A stretch of 64,000 bases of DNA from Nitrospirota bacterium (GCA_963740085.1 CAVUCU010000001.1:352001-416000), one strand, 5' to 3'. Positions 18,273-28,176 are shown, counted from the stretch's first letter. A program made the numbers and translations. The notes: generated by a model not told the origin, from the sequence alone.

Positions 18273-19189
18273 TGGGGTCAAGTCTTGAAATATAAGAATA
18301 AGTATGCTATTGTGTTTCCATGGCTCGACCGCTAAGAATAGAATATCCAAATGCCGTCTATCATGTCACCTCCCGAGGGAATGCGCGGAACAATATATTT
18401 CTGAGCGACCAAGACCGGGAGAATTTTCTCCTTGTTCTTGGCGCCGTCGTCAAGAGGTTCCACTGGTTCTGCCATGCCTGCTGCCTCATGGACAATCATT
18501 ACCATCTTATGATAGAAACCCCCGATGCCAATCTTTCCCGAGGGATGCGTCAGCTTAATGGCGTTTATACGCAGAAATACAATTGGTGGCACAGCAAAAC
18601 CGGTCACATATTCCAAGGACGATATAAATCGATTTTGGTTGAAAAAGAAAACTATCTCTTAGAACTGTGCCGCTATGTGGTTTTGAATCCAGTGCGGGCA
18701 AATATGGTTGAAAAGCCGGATGCATGGAAATGGAGCAGCTACGAAGCGACTGCTGGTTTAAAGTCCGTCCCTGATTATCTGACCGTTGGCTGGATTCTGC
18801 GGCTGTTCAGTAGCAACAAAAAAGAGGCACAGAGACGATATCGCACATTTGTGAGTGAGGGAATACAGGCGGGCTCGCCATGGGGTGATCTGCAGGGTCA
18901 GATACTCCTGGGCGAAGAGGGATTTATAGACAAGTTCAAGGATCATTTAACGGACAAGGAGAAAATTAAAGAAATCCCGCGAGCGCAACGCTATGTGAGC
19001 CGGCCACCATTGTCAAAACTTTTCTCGGCAAACGAAAAAATCTCCATGAGAAACAAACATATTTCCACTGCTCTTGTTAAATATGGCTATACGCTGAAAG
19101 AGATTGCAGACCATCTCGATATCCACTATACTACGGTCAGCAAGGCGATGAAGGTTAGGTGAATAGTGATAATTCAAGACCTGACCCCA
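18273..19189 (+). mobile_element. TIR-bounded HUH tyrosine transposase element (TIRYT/RAYT-like)
   Basis: 17-bp inverted repeats TGGGGTCAAGTCTTGAA (18273-18289) and TTCAAGACCTGACCCCA (19173-19189), 1 mismatch, enclosing a single gene. Confidence 0.8.
18320..19162 (+). CDS. Y1 (IS200-like/REP-associated) tyrosine transposase with C-terminal HTH
   Basis: YHVTSRGN, MDNHYHL (HUH), FQGRY, RYVVLNPVRA, WSSY; C-terminal LKEIADHLDIHYTTVSK. Confidence 0.9.
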   Translation: MARPLRIEYPNAVYHVTSRGNARNNIFLSDQDRENFLLVLGAVVKRFHWFCHACCLMDNHYHLMIETPDANLSRGMRQLNGVYTQKYNWWHSKTGHIFQGRYKSILVEKENYLLELCRYVVLNPVRANMVEKPDAWKWSSYEATAGLKSVPDYLTVGWILRLFSSNKKEAQRRYRTFVSEGIQAGSPWGDLQGQILLGEEGFIDKFKDHLTDKEKIKEIPRAQRYVSRPPLSKLFSANEKISMRNKHISTALVKYGYTLKEIADHLDIHYTTVSKAMKVR

Positions 19190-19238
19190 TTGATTTCTTT
19201 GTGGCCACGTACGCATCGCAGAATCAGCGAGGTGAATT

Positions 19239-20363
19239 ATGTCCAAAGTCTATTTCTCCACCGCACGTACCCTCAGATGGGACTATAGCCACAGTGTTCC
19301 GGGAAAACTGGAAACCCTGCTCAATAAAATGAACTTCTCGGAACGGTTCATTGAGGACGAATGGGTCGCCATCAAGATGCATTGGGGCTCTCACGGCGCG
19401 TTCCGCATCGTCCCGCCGGTCATGATCCGCAAGGTGGTTAACGCCGTCAAGGCGGCAGGGGGAAAACCCTTTGTCACGGACACGGTCAGGATCATGGGCC
19501 TCGACTATATAGAAGTGGCGAACCAGAATGGATTGAACCACCTCTCCTGCGGCGCGCCGGTGGTGCTGGCTGACGGACTCTACGGCAAGGACAGCATCCT
19601 GGTCAAGGCTGGGCCGCTCCTCGGGGAGATCGCGGTGGCCTCGGCAATTCATGATACACCGGCCATGGTCGTCTGCTCGCACGTCAAGGGGCACATCAAC
19701 TCTGGATATGCCGGTGCGCTCAAGAACCTGGCCATGGGCTGCGTAAGCTCCAGCCATCGAAAAGGAGGCTGGAAAAAAGGGCGCGGCGCGATGCACTGCC
19801 ACGGCGAGATGGGTCTCCAATGGAATGCCGAGAACTGCACCTTCTGCGAGCAGTGCAAGAACATTTGCCCTCTCCACGCCATCGATTTCAAAGAAGGAAC
19901 ATTTGTCGTGGACCAGAACAAGTGCTGGCATTGCGGCCGGTGCAGCAGGGTCTGTCAGGAAGGCGCCCTCACACTTCCCCAGGACGATGTAACGTTCCAG
20001 AAAAGCCTTGCCGAATCCGCGGCGGCCGTGCTCTCCACCTTTAAGAAGGGAAAGGTCGTGTATGTCAACTTCCTGTTCCAGATCCAGCCAGAGTGCGACT
20101 GCATGCCTGTTGCCGATGTGCCGGTGATCCAGGACCAGGGCATTATGATATCCGACGATATCGTGGCCATTGAGCAGGCATCGCTCGATATGCTCAGGGC
20201 CGCCACTCCCCTGCCCCAGTCCGCGGCAGACGAAGCCGGCATCAAGCCCGGTGACGACATCATGTTCAAGCTCAACCCGCGTCCGATGCAGGTCCAGATC
20301 GATGAAGCGGAGAGGCTGGGATTGGGAACGAAGAAGTATGAATTGGTGAGCATAGAACCGTGA
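19239..20363 (+). CDS. DUF362 domain Fe-S protein with 2x[4Fe-4S] insert
   Basis: VAIKMHWG, SHVKGH, GALKNLAMGC, CTFCEQCKNICP, CWHCGRCSRVC and PECDC. Confidence 0.88.
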   Translation: MSKVYFSTARTLRWDYSHSVPGKLETLLNKMNFSERFIEDEWVAIKMHWGSHGAFRIVPPVMIRKVVNAVKAAGGKPFVTDTVRIMGLDYIEVANQNGLNHLSCGAPVVLADGLYGKDSILVKAGPLLGEIAVASAIHDTPAMVVCSHVKGHINSGYAGALKNLAMGCVSSSHRKGGWKKGRGAMHCHGEMGLQWNAENCTFCEQCKNICPLHAIDFKEGTFVVDQNKCWHCGRCSRVCQEGALTLPQDDVTFQKSLAESAAAVLSTFKKGKVVYVNFLFQIQPECDCMPVADVPVIQDQGIMISDDIVAIEQASLDMLRAATPLPQSAADEAGIKPGDDIMFKLNPRPMQVQIDEAERLGLGTKKYELVSIEP

Positions 20364-20400
20364 GAATAACAGTAGACAGAAGTCAGCAGTGAACCGATTA

Positions 20401-20440
20401 CCTGACTCCTGATTCCTGACTTCTGACTTCTGACTCCTGA
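20401..20440. repeat. Degenerate heptamer tandem repeat, (CTGACTC/T)n
   Basis: cctgactcctgattcctgacttctgacttctgactcctga; complementary units (cagaagtcag) just upstream. Confidence 0.7.
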
Positions 20441-20454
20441 AAGGTTTTTAAAAA

Positions 20455-21882
20455 ATGTCCAAACGCACAAAGATCATCGCCACCATCGGACCGGCGTCAA
20501 GCTCTGCCGCGGTCATTGCAAAGCTCATCCGGGCCGGCATGGACGCGGCAAGACTGAACTTCTCTCATGGCGACTGGAATGACCATACCAGGCGCATCAG
20601 GCTCATCCGTCAGGAGGCTGAAAAGGCGGGGAAACAGATCGCCATCATCCTGGACCTGCAGGGCCCGAAGCTGCGTGTGGGAAACATCAAGAACGATGCC
20701 GTGACGATCAAGCGGGGAGATTCGATCACGCTCACGACAAAAAAGGTCCTCGGAACAAAAGACCTGGTATCGGTGACCTATCCGCGCCTGGTGAAAGATT
20801 TGAAGATCGGCAACCGCGTGCTCCTGGACGACGGCAGGCTCGCGCTCACGGTCCTTTCAAAAAGCACGGCCGGCCTGCGGTGCAAGGTCACCGGCGGCGG
20901 CATTCTCAGGAGCCACAAAGGAGTCAACCTGCCGGGAACAATACTTTTGCTTCCCTCTCTCTCCCGTAAGGACAAGGCAGACCTCCGATTCGGAATCGCC
21001 CACGATGTGGACTATGTCGCTCTTTCTTTCGTTCGCACCGCCAATGATATCAGCGCCACGCGCCGGTTCCTGAAAGCGCACGGTGCGGACATCCCGGTCA
21101 TTGCAAAGATAGAAAAACCCCAGGCCATCCACAACCTCGACAAAATCATCCTTGCTTCCGACGGGGTGATGGTCGCCCGGGGGGACCTGGGGGTGGAGAT
21201 GTCTCCTGAACAGGTGCCGCTGCTCCAGAAAAGGATCATCGAAGCCTGTAACCGGGCTGAAAAGCCGGTCATCACGGCAACACAGATGCTCGAAAGCATG
21301 ATTGAGAACCCTCAGCCGACGCGGGCCGAAGCGTCGGACGTGGCAAACGCGATCCTCGACGGCACAGACTGTGTCATGCTCTCCGGCGAGACTGCAATGG
21401 GGAAATACCCTGTCCAGACCGTCGAGGTCATGGCACGGATCGCTGAGCAGACCGAGGCTTCGGTGGCTCCCCGGGCTCCGAATACCGATCTGTCCGGCCC
21501 TGATGAAAGCGTGGCGCATGCGGCATGCCGGGCCGCCGAAGAACAGCATGCAAGGGCCATCGTCACGTTCACGCAATCAGGCTCCACTGCCCTCATGGTC
21601 TCGAAGCACCGGCCGAGGATGAGAATCATCGCGCCGACGCCGTTCGACCAGGTCGCCAGAAAGATGTCGCTCTACTGGGGTGTGACCCCCATCCTCCTGA
21701 AGAGCAAGCGCACCACCGACGACATGATCGCAAGCGTGGAGCGCGCCATGCTCTTTATCAAGCTGGCCAAAAACCACGACCTGATCGTGATCACCGCGGG
21801 CGTACCCATCGGCGTGGCCGGCAGCACGAACATGATGAAAATACATCGAATCGGCGAGGTTAAAAGTCTTGAATCCCGATAA
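20455..21882 (+). CDS. pyk: Pyruvate kinase
   Basis: TKIIATIGP, RLNFSHG, DLQGPK, MVARGDLG, ATQMLESM and MLSGET. Confidence 0.97.
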   Translation: MSKRTKIIATIGPASSSAAVIAKLIRAGMDAARLNFSHGDWNDHTRRIRLIRQEAEKAGKQIAIILDLQGPKLRVGNIKNDAVTIKRGDSITLTTKKVLGTKDLVSVTYPRLVKDLKIGNRVLLDDGRLALTVLSKSTAGLRCKVTGGGILRSHKGVNLPGTILLLPSLSRKDKADLRFGIAHDVDYVALSFVRTANDISATRRFLKAHGADIPVIAKIEKPQAIHNLDKIILASDGVMVARGDLGVEMSPEQVPLLQKRIIEACNRAEKPVITATQMLESMIENPQPTRAEASDVANAILDGTDCVMLSGETAMGKYPVQTVEVMARIAEQTEASVAPRAPNTDLSGPDESVAHAACRAAEEQHARAIVTFTQSGSTALMVSKHRPRMRIIAPTPFDQVARKMSLYWGVTPILLKSKRTTDDMIASVERAMLFIKLAKNHDLIVITAGVPIGVAGSTNMMKIHRIGEVKSLESR

Positions 21883-21887
21883 AGGAC

Positions 21888-21923
21888 AAAAAAAAGCCGG
21901 GACCTGTATGCAGGTCCCGGCTT
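21888..21923. terminator. Intrinsic terminator between convergent genes
   Basis: AAGCCGGGACCTG-tatg-CAGGTCCCGGCTT stem with an A8 tract on the left (U-tract on the minus strand). Confidence 0.8.
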
Positions 21924-21945
21924 CAATCAACAAGATCAAATATCA

Positions 21946-22251
21946 TCACTCCTCCGAGTAGTTCGGGTTCGCCGGTTTTCCGTTCTTTCCCAAATATTCC
22001 TGACTGAACGCCGGAATCACGCCCGCCTGGCCATTCTGGGGATGGATCATGAAGCGGTAGGACACGAGTTGTCCAACGGTCTCCATCATATGGTTCCAGC
22101 CCTTTTTAAACAGCGAGCATTCGTTATTGTAGCAAACCCAGAGATAAGGTGAATCCCAGTCAAGGTAGCGTGAGTCCATCTGCTCCATGACCTCTTTGCA
22201 GTGCGGACAGCTCGGGGCTTCCGTGACCTTCCATTCTTTTGTATCCATCAT
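21946..22251 (-). CDS. Small zinc-finger-like hypothetical protein
   Basis: CPHC...VCYNNEC; TTGCAA-N17-TATTAT promoter and GGAGG SD upstream. Confidence 0.7.
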   Translation of the reverse strand: MMDTKEWKVTEAPSCPHCKEVMEQMDSRYLDWDSPYLWVCYNNECSLFKKGWNHMMETVGQLVSYRFMIHPQNGQAGVIPAFSQEYLGKNGKPANPNYSEE

Positions 22252-22317
22252 AAAGACCTCCATCAGTTATGGCACATAATACGACCCCGGCCCCCTGATT
22301 GCAATAGTGAATTCATC

Positions 22318-22891
22318 TCAATAATTCTCAGCCCAGAGTTCAAAGAAGCTCTTGGGATGCAGGCACGTCGGGCACTGATCAGGCGGTTCCGTACCTTCGT
22401 GATGATAACCGCAGTTCCTGCAGATCCAGGTCGAGGGTGCATCCTTTTTGAAGACCTTCCCCTTGTTCACATTTTCAAGCAGCTTGAGATACCTTTTTTC
22501 GTGCTCTATTTCAACCTTTGAAATATACCTGAATGCCGCCGCCACATCGGGAAAACCTTCGTGCTGGGCAACGTCCGCACCACCGGGATAGAGCTTCGTC
22601 CATTCCTCATGCTCCCCCTCCGCCGCGGCTTTCAGGTTCTCGGCCGTAGTGCCGATGCGGCCCTGCCGGAAAGGTCGCCGTAAATTCCACCATTCCTCCT
22701 TCGAGGAACTTGAAGAACCGCTTGGCATGCTCCTTCTCGTTCTCAGCGGTCTCGAGGAAGATGGCTGCTATCTGTTCATATCCTTCTTTCTTCGCCGCGC
22801 TCGCGAAGAAGGTGTAGCGGTTTCGTGCCTGCGATTCCCCGGCAAACGCCGCAAGCAGATTTTTTTCCGTTTTGGTCCCTTTGAGCTTCAT
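22318..22891 (-). CDS. rbr: Rubrerythrin, split by a +1 frameshift near 22661-22663
   Basis: AFAGESQARNRY and EKEH in one frame; EGEHEE, EIEH and CRNC...CPTC in the other. Removing one G from gcagggccgc restores FPAGRIGTT. Confidence 0.9.
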
Positions 22892-22918
22892 GGTTCCCTC
22901 CATCTCCTAACAAGTCCG

Positions 22919-24091
22919 TCATCCCCGAGTGCTTCTATCGGGAACAGGGTGTTGGCTTTCATTTTTCCGCATCCTTCCGGGCAGCCCCATTCTCGAAATG
23001 AGGATGTCGGCCCGCGCAAGCAGAAAGTAGCTGATCCGCTCTTTCAGTTTCTGCGTCCACGGCCTCTTGCGCCACTCTTCAACGCGGATACGGACCGCCT
23101 GTTTGAGGTCATCCTCGAAATCCGCGCGGGCCCGTGCTGCGAGTGCCGGGTCGCTCACGACGACCACCAGCTCATAGTTGAAAAATCCGCTCCGGATATC
23201 GAGGTTCGCGGAGCCCGCGACGACGGTGTCGCCGGCGACCGCGAGTTTGGCATGCATCATCGACGGGACATATTCCCAGACCTCGACCCCCGCCCGCAGC
23301 ATCCTGCCGTACAGGCCCCGGGCCGCCCACCGCGCGATCGGAACATCGGTCTTCTGCGAAAAGAGAAGCCGCACCCGCACCCCGCGAATGACCGCGCGTT
23401 TGAGCGCCCGCAGCGTCCTGCCGTGCGGATAGAAATAGCCCATGGCAAGATCGATCTCGGAATGCGCATCCTGGATGACCTGGCGGTAGGCGTTTCGGAC
23501 CGGCCGCATGGGATTCTCCGGCCCGCTTTCAAAGAACCGAACGTTCTTCCCGCCTGCCGTTCTCTTCCTGCGGACAAATCTGAGACGGTGCAAAAAAACC
23601 CTGAATGGCGAATCGGCCTCCCCCCGCATTCGAAGGAACGACCGCTTCAGCCAGGCCACGTCTGTTCCGGCGATCTCAAGCATGTTGTCACGCCAGGGCA
23701 ATTCCCCTCGCGCGCCGCGATAGTATTCGTCGGCAATGTTCATCCCGCCGAGGTAGGCTACACGATCGTCAACAAGAAGCAATTTACGGTGGTTCCTGAA
23801 GAACACGACGCCGCGCGCGAGAGGACGGAACCACTTGACCGAGCCGCCCGCGGTGATAAGCCCGTCCCAGAATGTGTTCGGGAGGTACAGGGACCCCCAG
23901 GAATCAACGAGCACGTCGACCAGGATCCCTCTTTTGGCGGCGGCCGTGAGATGATCACGAAACTCCCTCCCGGTCTCATCGTCGGCGATAATGTACATCT
24001 CGACCGCAATGCAGCGCGATGCCTCCTGTATTGCCGCGAACATGGCAGGGAAGGCCTCTACCCCGTTTTTGAGGAGACGGACGGTGGTCAT
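22919..24091 (-). CDS. Cardiolipin synthase / phospholipase D family (ClsB-like)
   Basis: NHRKLLLVDD...GGMNI, WRD and MHAKLAVAGD...GSANLD. Confidence 0.85.
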   Translation of the reverse strand: MTTVRLLKNGVEAFPAMFAAIQEASRCIAVEMYIIADDETGREFRDHLTAAAKRGILVDVLVDSWGSLYLPNTFWDGLITAGGSVKWFRPLARGVVFFRNHRKLLLVDDRVAYLGGMNIADEYYRGARGELPWRDNMLEIAGTDVAWLKRSFLRMRGEADSPFRVFLHRLRFVRRKRTAGGKNVRFFESGPENPMRPVRNAYRQVIQDAHSEIDLAMGYFYPHGRTLRALKRAVIRGVRVRLLFSQKTDVPIARWAARGLYGRMLRAGVEVWEYVPSMMHAKLAVAGDTVVAGSANLDIRSGFFNYELVVVVSDPALAARARADFEDDLKQAVRIRVEEWRKRPWTQKLKERISYFLLARADILISRMGLPGRMRKNESQHPVPDRSTRG

Positions 24092-24208
24092 GAAGGAAAC
24101 TCAAAATGCAACGTGTAAACTGCAAAATGCAAACTGACAGTGTGCAATCCTCCATCCATTTTTTTTATTTTTGCATTTTGCATTCTGCCTTTTGCATTCA
24201 CTCACGAA

Positions 24209-24682
24209 TTACACATTCTCGAAGGTGTAATCAACCTTCACTTTCAGGTCTTTTCTGAGTGAATGATACACGGAACAGTACTTCTCCTGCGAAAGCGAGA
24301 TGCCCCTCTCAATTTTTTTTGCCGTGAGGCCGGTCCCGGTAATGGAAATGACCATCTCGATGGAGGTATAGTACTGGGGCGGCGTGGGGTTGCGCTCTCC
24401 CATAATATCCATCTTGTACGACTTGATCTCGACTTTCATTTTTTTGATGAACGACACCATGTCGATCGCCATGCAGCCCGCCAAGCTCAGGAGGAGCGTT
24501 TCGGTCGGCGAGCAACCCCACTGCTGCTGGGCGTCGAACTCCACCTCGTATCCGCGGTTTGTCCTGCCCACGAAGATCAGGTCCTTGTCCCAGGTGAGGG
24601 TCGCCTTGTTCACCTGTGAAACCTTGGATTTGTAGGCATCGAGAGATTCTTCCAGTTCCTTTATTTCCTTTGATTCGGACAC
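24209..24682 (-). CDS. OsmC/Ohr family protein
   Basis: SPTETLLLSLAGC and EKYCSV. Probable GTG start after GAAGGGAG. Confidence 0.85.
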   Translation of the reverse strand: MSESKEIKELEESLDAYKSKVSQVNKATLTWDKDLIFVGRTNRGYEVEFDAQQQWGCSPTETLLLSLAGCMAIDMVSFIKKMKVEIKSYKMDIMGERNPTPPQYYTSIEMVISITGTGLTAKKIERGISLSQEKYCSVYHSLRKDLKVKVDYTFENV

Positions 24683-24876
24683 GTGACGACTCCCTTCTAT
24701 TTTTTTCGTTGTGCGTAACTGCTCAGGTCGTCGCAAGGCGCATGTGCAATAAAGATTGCGCTTCCCGAGCTGATTTCTGTCATTTGGAAAATCCAGGCGT
24801 GCGAATACTCATCTATGCCGGTAATACCCATCATCCCGGCGCACGTGCGACAAAGCGAAGTAACTGACCCGAGTAA

Positions 24877-25206
24877 TCACCGTCGCTCTTTGAATTTTTC
24901 ATTGAGCAGCTGAATAGCCTCGTTTTCTTTGCCCAATTCCGCCTTTAACACATAGGTCTTGATCGCTCCGGCCTCAGCACCGAGCGAAAAGGAATCATAG
25001 GTTGCACGAATGCCGCGAGAGCCGAGATAGGTCACGATCTCCAGCATGTAGGAATCATCATAACCGGCCCCGATATCCGCCCTGAAGATCTCAACATACT
25101 CGACATCATCCCCGTTCATGGGCTGGTCCGGTGAGCCCTTCTTCCAGACATCGCCGTACTCCCACCCTTCGTCGTCAACGGGATCAGTTCCGGGTTTTGT
25201 ACTCAT
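24877..25206 (-). CDS. Hypothetical protein
   Basis: 109-aa ORF immediately preceded by a near-consensus sigma70 promoter. Confidence 0.65.
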   Translation of the reverse strand: MSTKPGTDPVDDEGWEYGDVWKKGSPDQPMNGDDVEYVEIFRADIGAGYDDSYMLEIVTYLGSRGIRATYDSFSLGAEAGAIKTYVLKAELGKENEAIQLLNEKFKERR

Positions 25207-25211
25207 AGTGA

Positions 25212-25303
25212 ATAGTAATTGAGAGATGCGTCACTGTCAAATAAAAAATCTTGATACCCTTCAGAACAAGAGGGTTGACAGGAGACCAGACATTGGGTAG
25301 TAT
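25212..25303. promoter_or_regulatory. Back-to-back divergent sigma70 promoters
   Basis: Minus strand: TTGACA(25240-25235)-N17-TACTAT(25217-25212). Plus strand: TTGACA(25275-25280)-N17-TAGTAT(25298-25303). Confidence 0.75.
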
Positions 25304-25310
25304 CCGGTCC

Positions 25311-25514
25311 ATGATAGAAACCATCAGCTTCCTTTTCGGACTGGGCTTCAGCCTCCTTGTCTATTTCCTTTCCATCAGGCCCCTCAACCAGCCTTGGCCA
25401 AAAAAAATGCTCTATTTCTTTTTCTCGCTCATCGGGATAACCGGCACTGTTTTCCTGATCGGGGTAATGATGGCCCACATGCTCAGGAAACTGGGGGTCA
25501 TTTCTTCGCTGTAG
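25311..25514 (+). CDS. Small two-TM membrane protein
   Basis: 67 aa, two hydrophobic segments; ATG follows the -10 box after 7 nt. Confidence 0.6.
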   Translation: MIETISFLFGLGFSLLVYFLSIRPLNQPWPKKMLYFFFSLIGITGTVFLIGVMMAHMLRKLGVISSL

Positions 25515-25641
25515 TGAAATAATCCGGGGAAGATCAGAATAAATTAGGGGTGGTCCCCTGGTTATAAGACGGAACCTTGACGAGGTATATGTAAAGCTTG
25601 TCCTTCAGCCCTTCGTTGTATCGCCTCGTTCAAAGGTCTAT

Positions 25642-26016
25642 CTACTCAAGCGCATCACGCGCGATCTCGCGGACCCCGGGATGGTCGTCATGCAGGCATC
25701 TTCGCAGTGCATCGATTGCAGACGCATCCTTGATAATGCCGAGCACCGAAGCGGCGTCCCCCCGCATGGTCGGACTCTCATGTTTCAAAAGCTCGATGAT
25801 CCCCGGAACCGCCGCCATAAGTTCCTTCCGATGTTCAACAATAAGTTCTTCCACTAGCGCCGTGGCCCCAAGCCTCACCCGGAGGTTCTCATCACCCAAC
25901 ATATCGGGAATGAACCGGTAGAGAGAGTCGTCCTGCTTGAGTAAAGCAATAATATTTTCGAGGAAGCCATTTCCCATGTACTCGATGAGCATGGCCCTCA
26001 TTTCAATGTCGTTCAT
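25642..26016 (-). CDS. HEAT-repeat protein
   Basis: DENLRVRLGA, ESPTMRGDAASVLG and DDHPGVREIARDAL repeats. Confidence 0.8.
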   Translation of the reverse strand: MNDIEMRAMLIEYMGNGFLENIIALLKQDDSLYRFIPDMLGDENLRVRLGATALVEELIVEHRKELMAAVPGIIELLKHESPTMRGDAASVLGIIKDASAIDALRRCLHDDHPGVREIARDALE

Positions 26017-26143
26017 AAGAGAAATTATTTATATCAAGTGATCTTATAGTAAATTGCTAGATATTACATCAGTACGATGCGGAAAGCTTCATTTTTTTCG
26101 TACTTGAAGATATATGACAGAAAGAAAGTAGTCACTCTCCGAA

Positions 26144-26770
26144 TTATCGTTCAGCAGTCACAATGTTCTTCACTCGCTTCAGCCGGTAGAAGGACTCGCG
26201 CTCCCGTTCGCCGATATACTGGGTAATGGTCCGGACCTGTTGCTTGAGGCCGGGCAGGACCATCTCCTCAAGTACCTTGACCCTTCTGGTCGTTCGCATG
26301 ATCTCCTCCCCAAGCCGCTTGAGCTTGCTCTCGTACTCGGCCAGGTGCAGCATGGACTCCAGCAGCTTTTCAAAGAGCGCGGTCCCCTCTTCAAGGTGCA
26401 GGGTGGCGCCGAATTCGTCGTATCCGCGCTTGTCAGGGTCCCTGAGAGGGACATCGTGGAAAAGAATATCTTTATACCGCAGTCCCCAGATGCTTTTTTC
26501 TATCACGTCAATACCGAAATCCCGCTCTGTGGCGATAACGATCGACTCAATGTTCTCCCTGCCCTCATGTCCAAGCGACAGCGCAAGTTCGCGGAGCGCC
26601 TTGCCGTAGGACTGTCTGATGTCCTCACGGGACCGGAGGAACGGCAGCGTTGCGGCAAGGAACTCCTTGATCAGAGCCTGCTTCCTCGCCTTCAGGATGC
26701 TGATGCTGTTCACGACGGAACGGGACTTTTCTTTTAACAGCAGCAGATTCGTGCGCGTAGGATGTATCAT
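26144..26770 (-). CDS. atpD: V/A-type ATP synthase subunit D
   Basis: PTRTNLL and TRRVKVLEEMVLP...ERERESFYRLK; last gene of the operon. Confidence 0.92.
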   Translation of the reverse strand: MIHPTRTNLLLLKEKSRSVVNSISILKARKQALIKEFLAATLPFLRSREDIRQSYGKALRELALSLGHEGRENIESIVIATERDFGIDVIEKSIWGLRYKDILFHDVPLRDPDKRGYDEFGATLHLEEGTALFEKLLESMLHLAEYESKLKRLGEEIMRTTRRVKVLEEMVLPGLKQQVRTITQYIGERERESFYRLKRVKNIVTAER

Positions 26771-26780
26771 CTTTTACCCT

Positions 26781-26847
<67 letters not shown>

Positions 26848-28176
26848 TTACACGACCTCCAGTGAGAATTTCTTCATCAGCGCGAGTCCGGCATCAAGGG
26901 TTTCCGCCACCGTTCGCCTTGTTCCGCCCTGGCCCACGAACTCTTTTTCAAACGTGTCGGCAAAGTCGAGCATCAGGATGTCCGCTTTGGTCATACCGTC
27001 ACGGCCCACGATGGCCTCAAGCCTGCGCAGGTCCCGTCCCTTTGCGTAGTATTTATAGAGATGGTTCGAGACCTGCCGGTGATCGGCCCGCGTCCGGCCT
27101 TCGCCGATGCCTTTCTGCATGAGCCGCGACAGGCTCGGCAGAACGTCCACGGGCGGGAAGATCCCCTTCTGGTGAAGCTCGCGGGAAAGCACGATCTGGC
27201 CTTCGGTGATATACCCCGTCAGGTCCGGGATGGGATGGGTGATGTCGTCCTCGGGCATGGTCACGACCGGCAGCATCGTCACCGAACCCTCGCGGCCGTA
27301 GATCCGTCCCGCGCGCTCGTACAGCGACGCCAGGTCCGAGTACATGTAGCCGGGGTACCCGCGCCTGCCGGGAAGCTCCTCCCGTGCGGTCGAAATCTCA
27401 CGCAGGGCATCGCAGTAGTTCGTCATGTCGGTGATGATCACGAGGATGTCCATGCCCTTTTCAAAGGCGAGATATTCCGCCACGGTCAGCGCGAACCGCG
27501 GCGCCAGCAACCGCTCCATCACCGGCTCGTCAGCCATGTTCACGAAGGCCACAAAGCCCGTCCGCATCTCTTCAAGCGTTTTCAGGTAGAAGGAATATTC
27601 ATGAAAGGTGAGGCCCAGGGCGGCAAAGACCACAATGAACTTTTTTGAGCTGCCGGCAAGGTGCGCGTTCCTCAGGATGGAGGCGACAACCTCCTTGGAC
27701 GGCAGTCCCGCGCAGGAGAAGACAGGCAGCTTCTGTCCGCGCACGAGCGTATTCAAACCATCGATGGTGGAAAAGCCGGTCTCAATGAAATCCTGCGGCC
27801 GGGCACGGGCAGCGGGATTGATCGGCGCGCCGGTGATCGGCATGCGTTTCTCCGGGATGAACATCGGGATGCCGTCCTTGGGCTCACAAGATCCGTTGAA
27901 GATCCTTCCTACGATGTCCGGCGAAAGGGGGACCTTCTTGACGGCATCGACAAAAGAGACCGTCGTGTGTTCTATGTCCAGTCCCTGCGTAGCGCCATAC
28001 ACCTCGATCAACGCCGTATCGCCGTCGATCTCGAGGACCTCGGCCTCCAGATGCCGGTTATCCGGGGTATGGATGGTGACCATTTCGCCGATCCTGGCGC
28101 TCTGAACGTTCTGCACAAACAAGAGCGGACCGGCTATCGTGGAAATGGTCTGGTATAGGTGTTCGGAAAGACGCAT
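26848..28176 (-). CDS. atpB: V/A-type ATP synthase subunit B
   Basis: TLVRGQKLPVFS, PGRRGYPGYMYSDL, DDITHPIPDLTGYITEGQI and SLSRLM. Confidence 0.95.
   Translation of the reverse strand: MRLSEHLYQTISTIAGPLLFVQNVQSARIGEMVTIHTPDNRHLEAEVLEIDGDTALIEVYGATQGLDIEHTTVSFVDAVKKVPLSPDIVGRIFNGSCEPKDGIPMFIPEKRMPITGAPINPAARARPQDFIETGFSTIDGLNTLVRGQKLPVFSCAGLPSKEVVASILRNAHLAGSSKKFIVVFAALGLTFHEYSFYLKTLEEMRTGFVAFVNMADEPVMERLLAPRFALTVAEYLAFEKGMDILVIITDMTNYCDALREISTAREELPGRRGYPGYMYSDLASLYERAGRIYGREGSVTMLPVVTMPEDDITHPIPDLTGYITEGQIVLSRELHQKGIFPPVDVLPSLSRLMQKGIGEGRTRADHRQVSNHLYKYYAKGRDLRRLEAIVGRDGMTKADILMLDFADTFEKEFVGQGGTRRTVAETLDAGLALMKKFSLEVV

Noticed and set aside
24700-24870. Possible structured leader upstream of the OsmC gene
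   Set aside because: Short imperfect repeats only; no recognisable RNA family.
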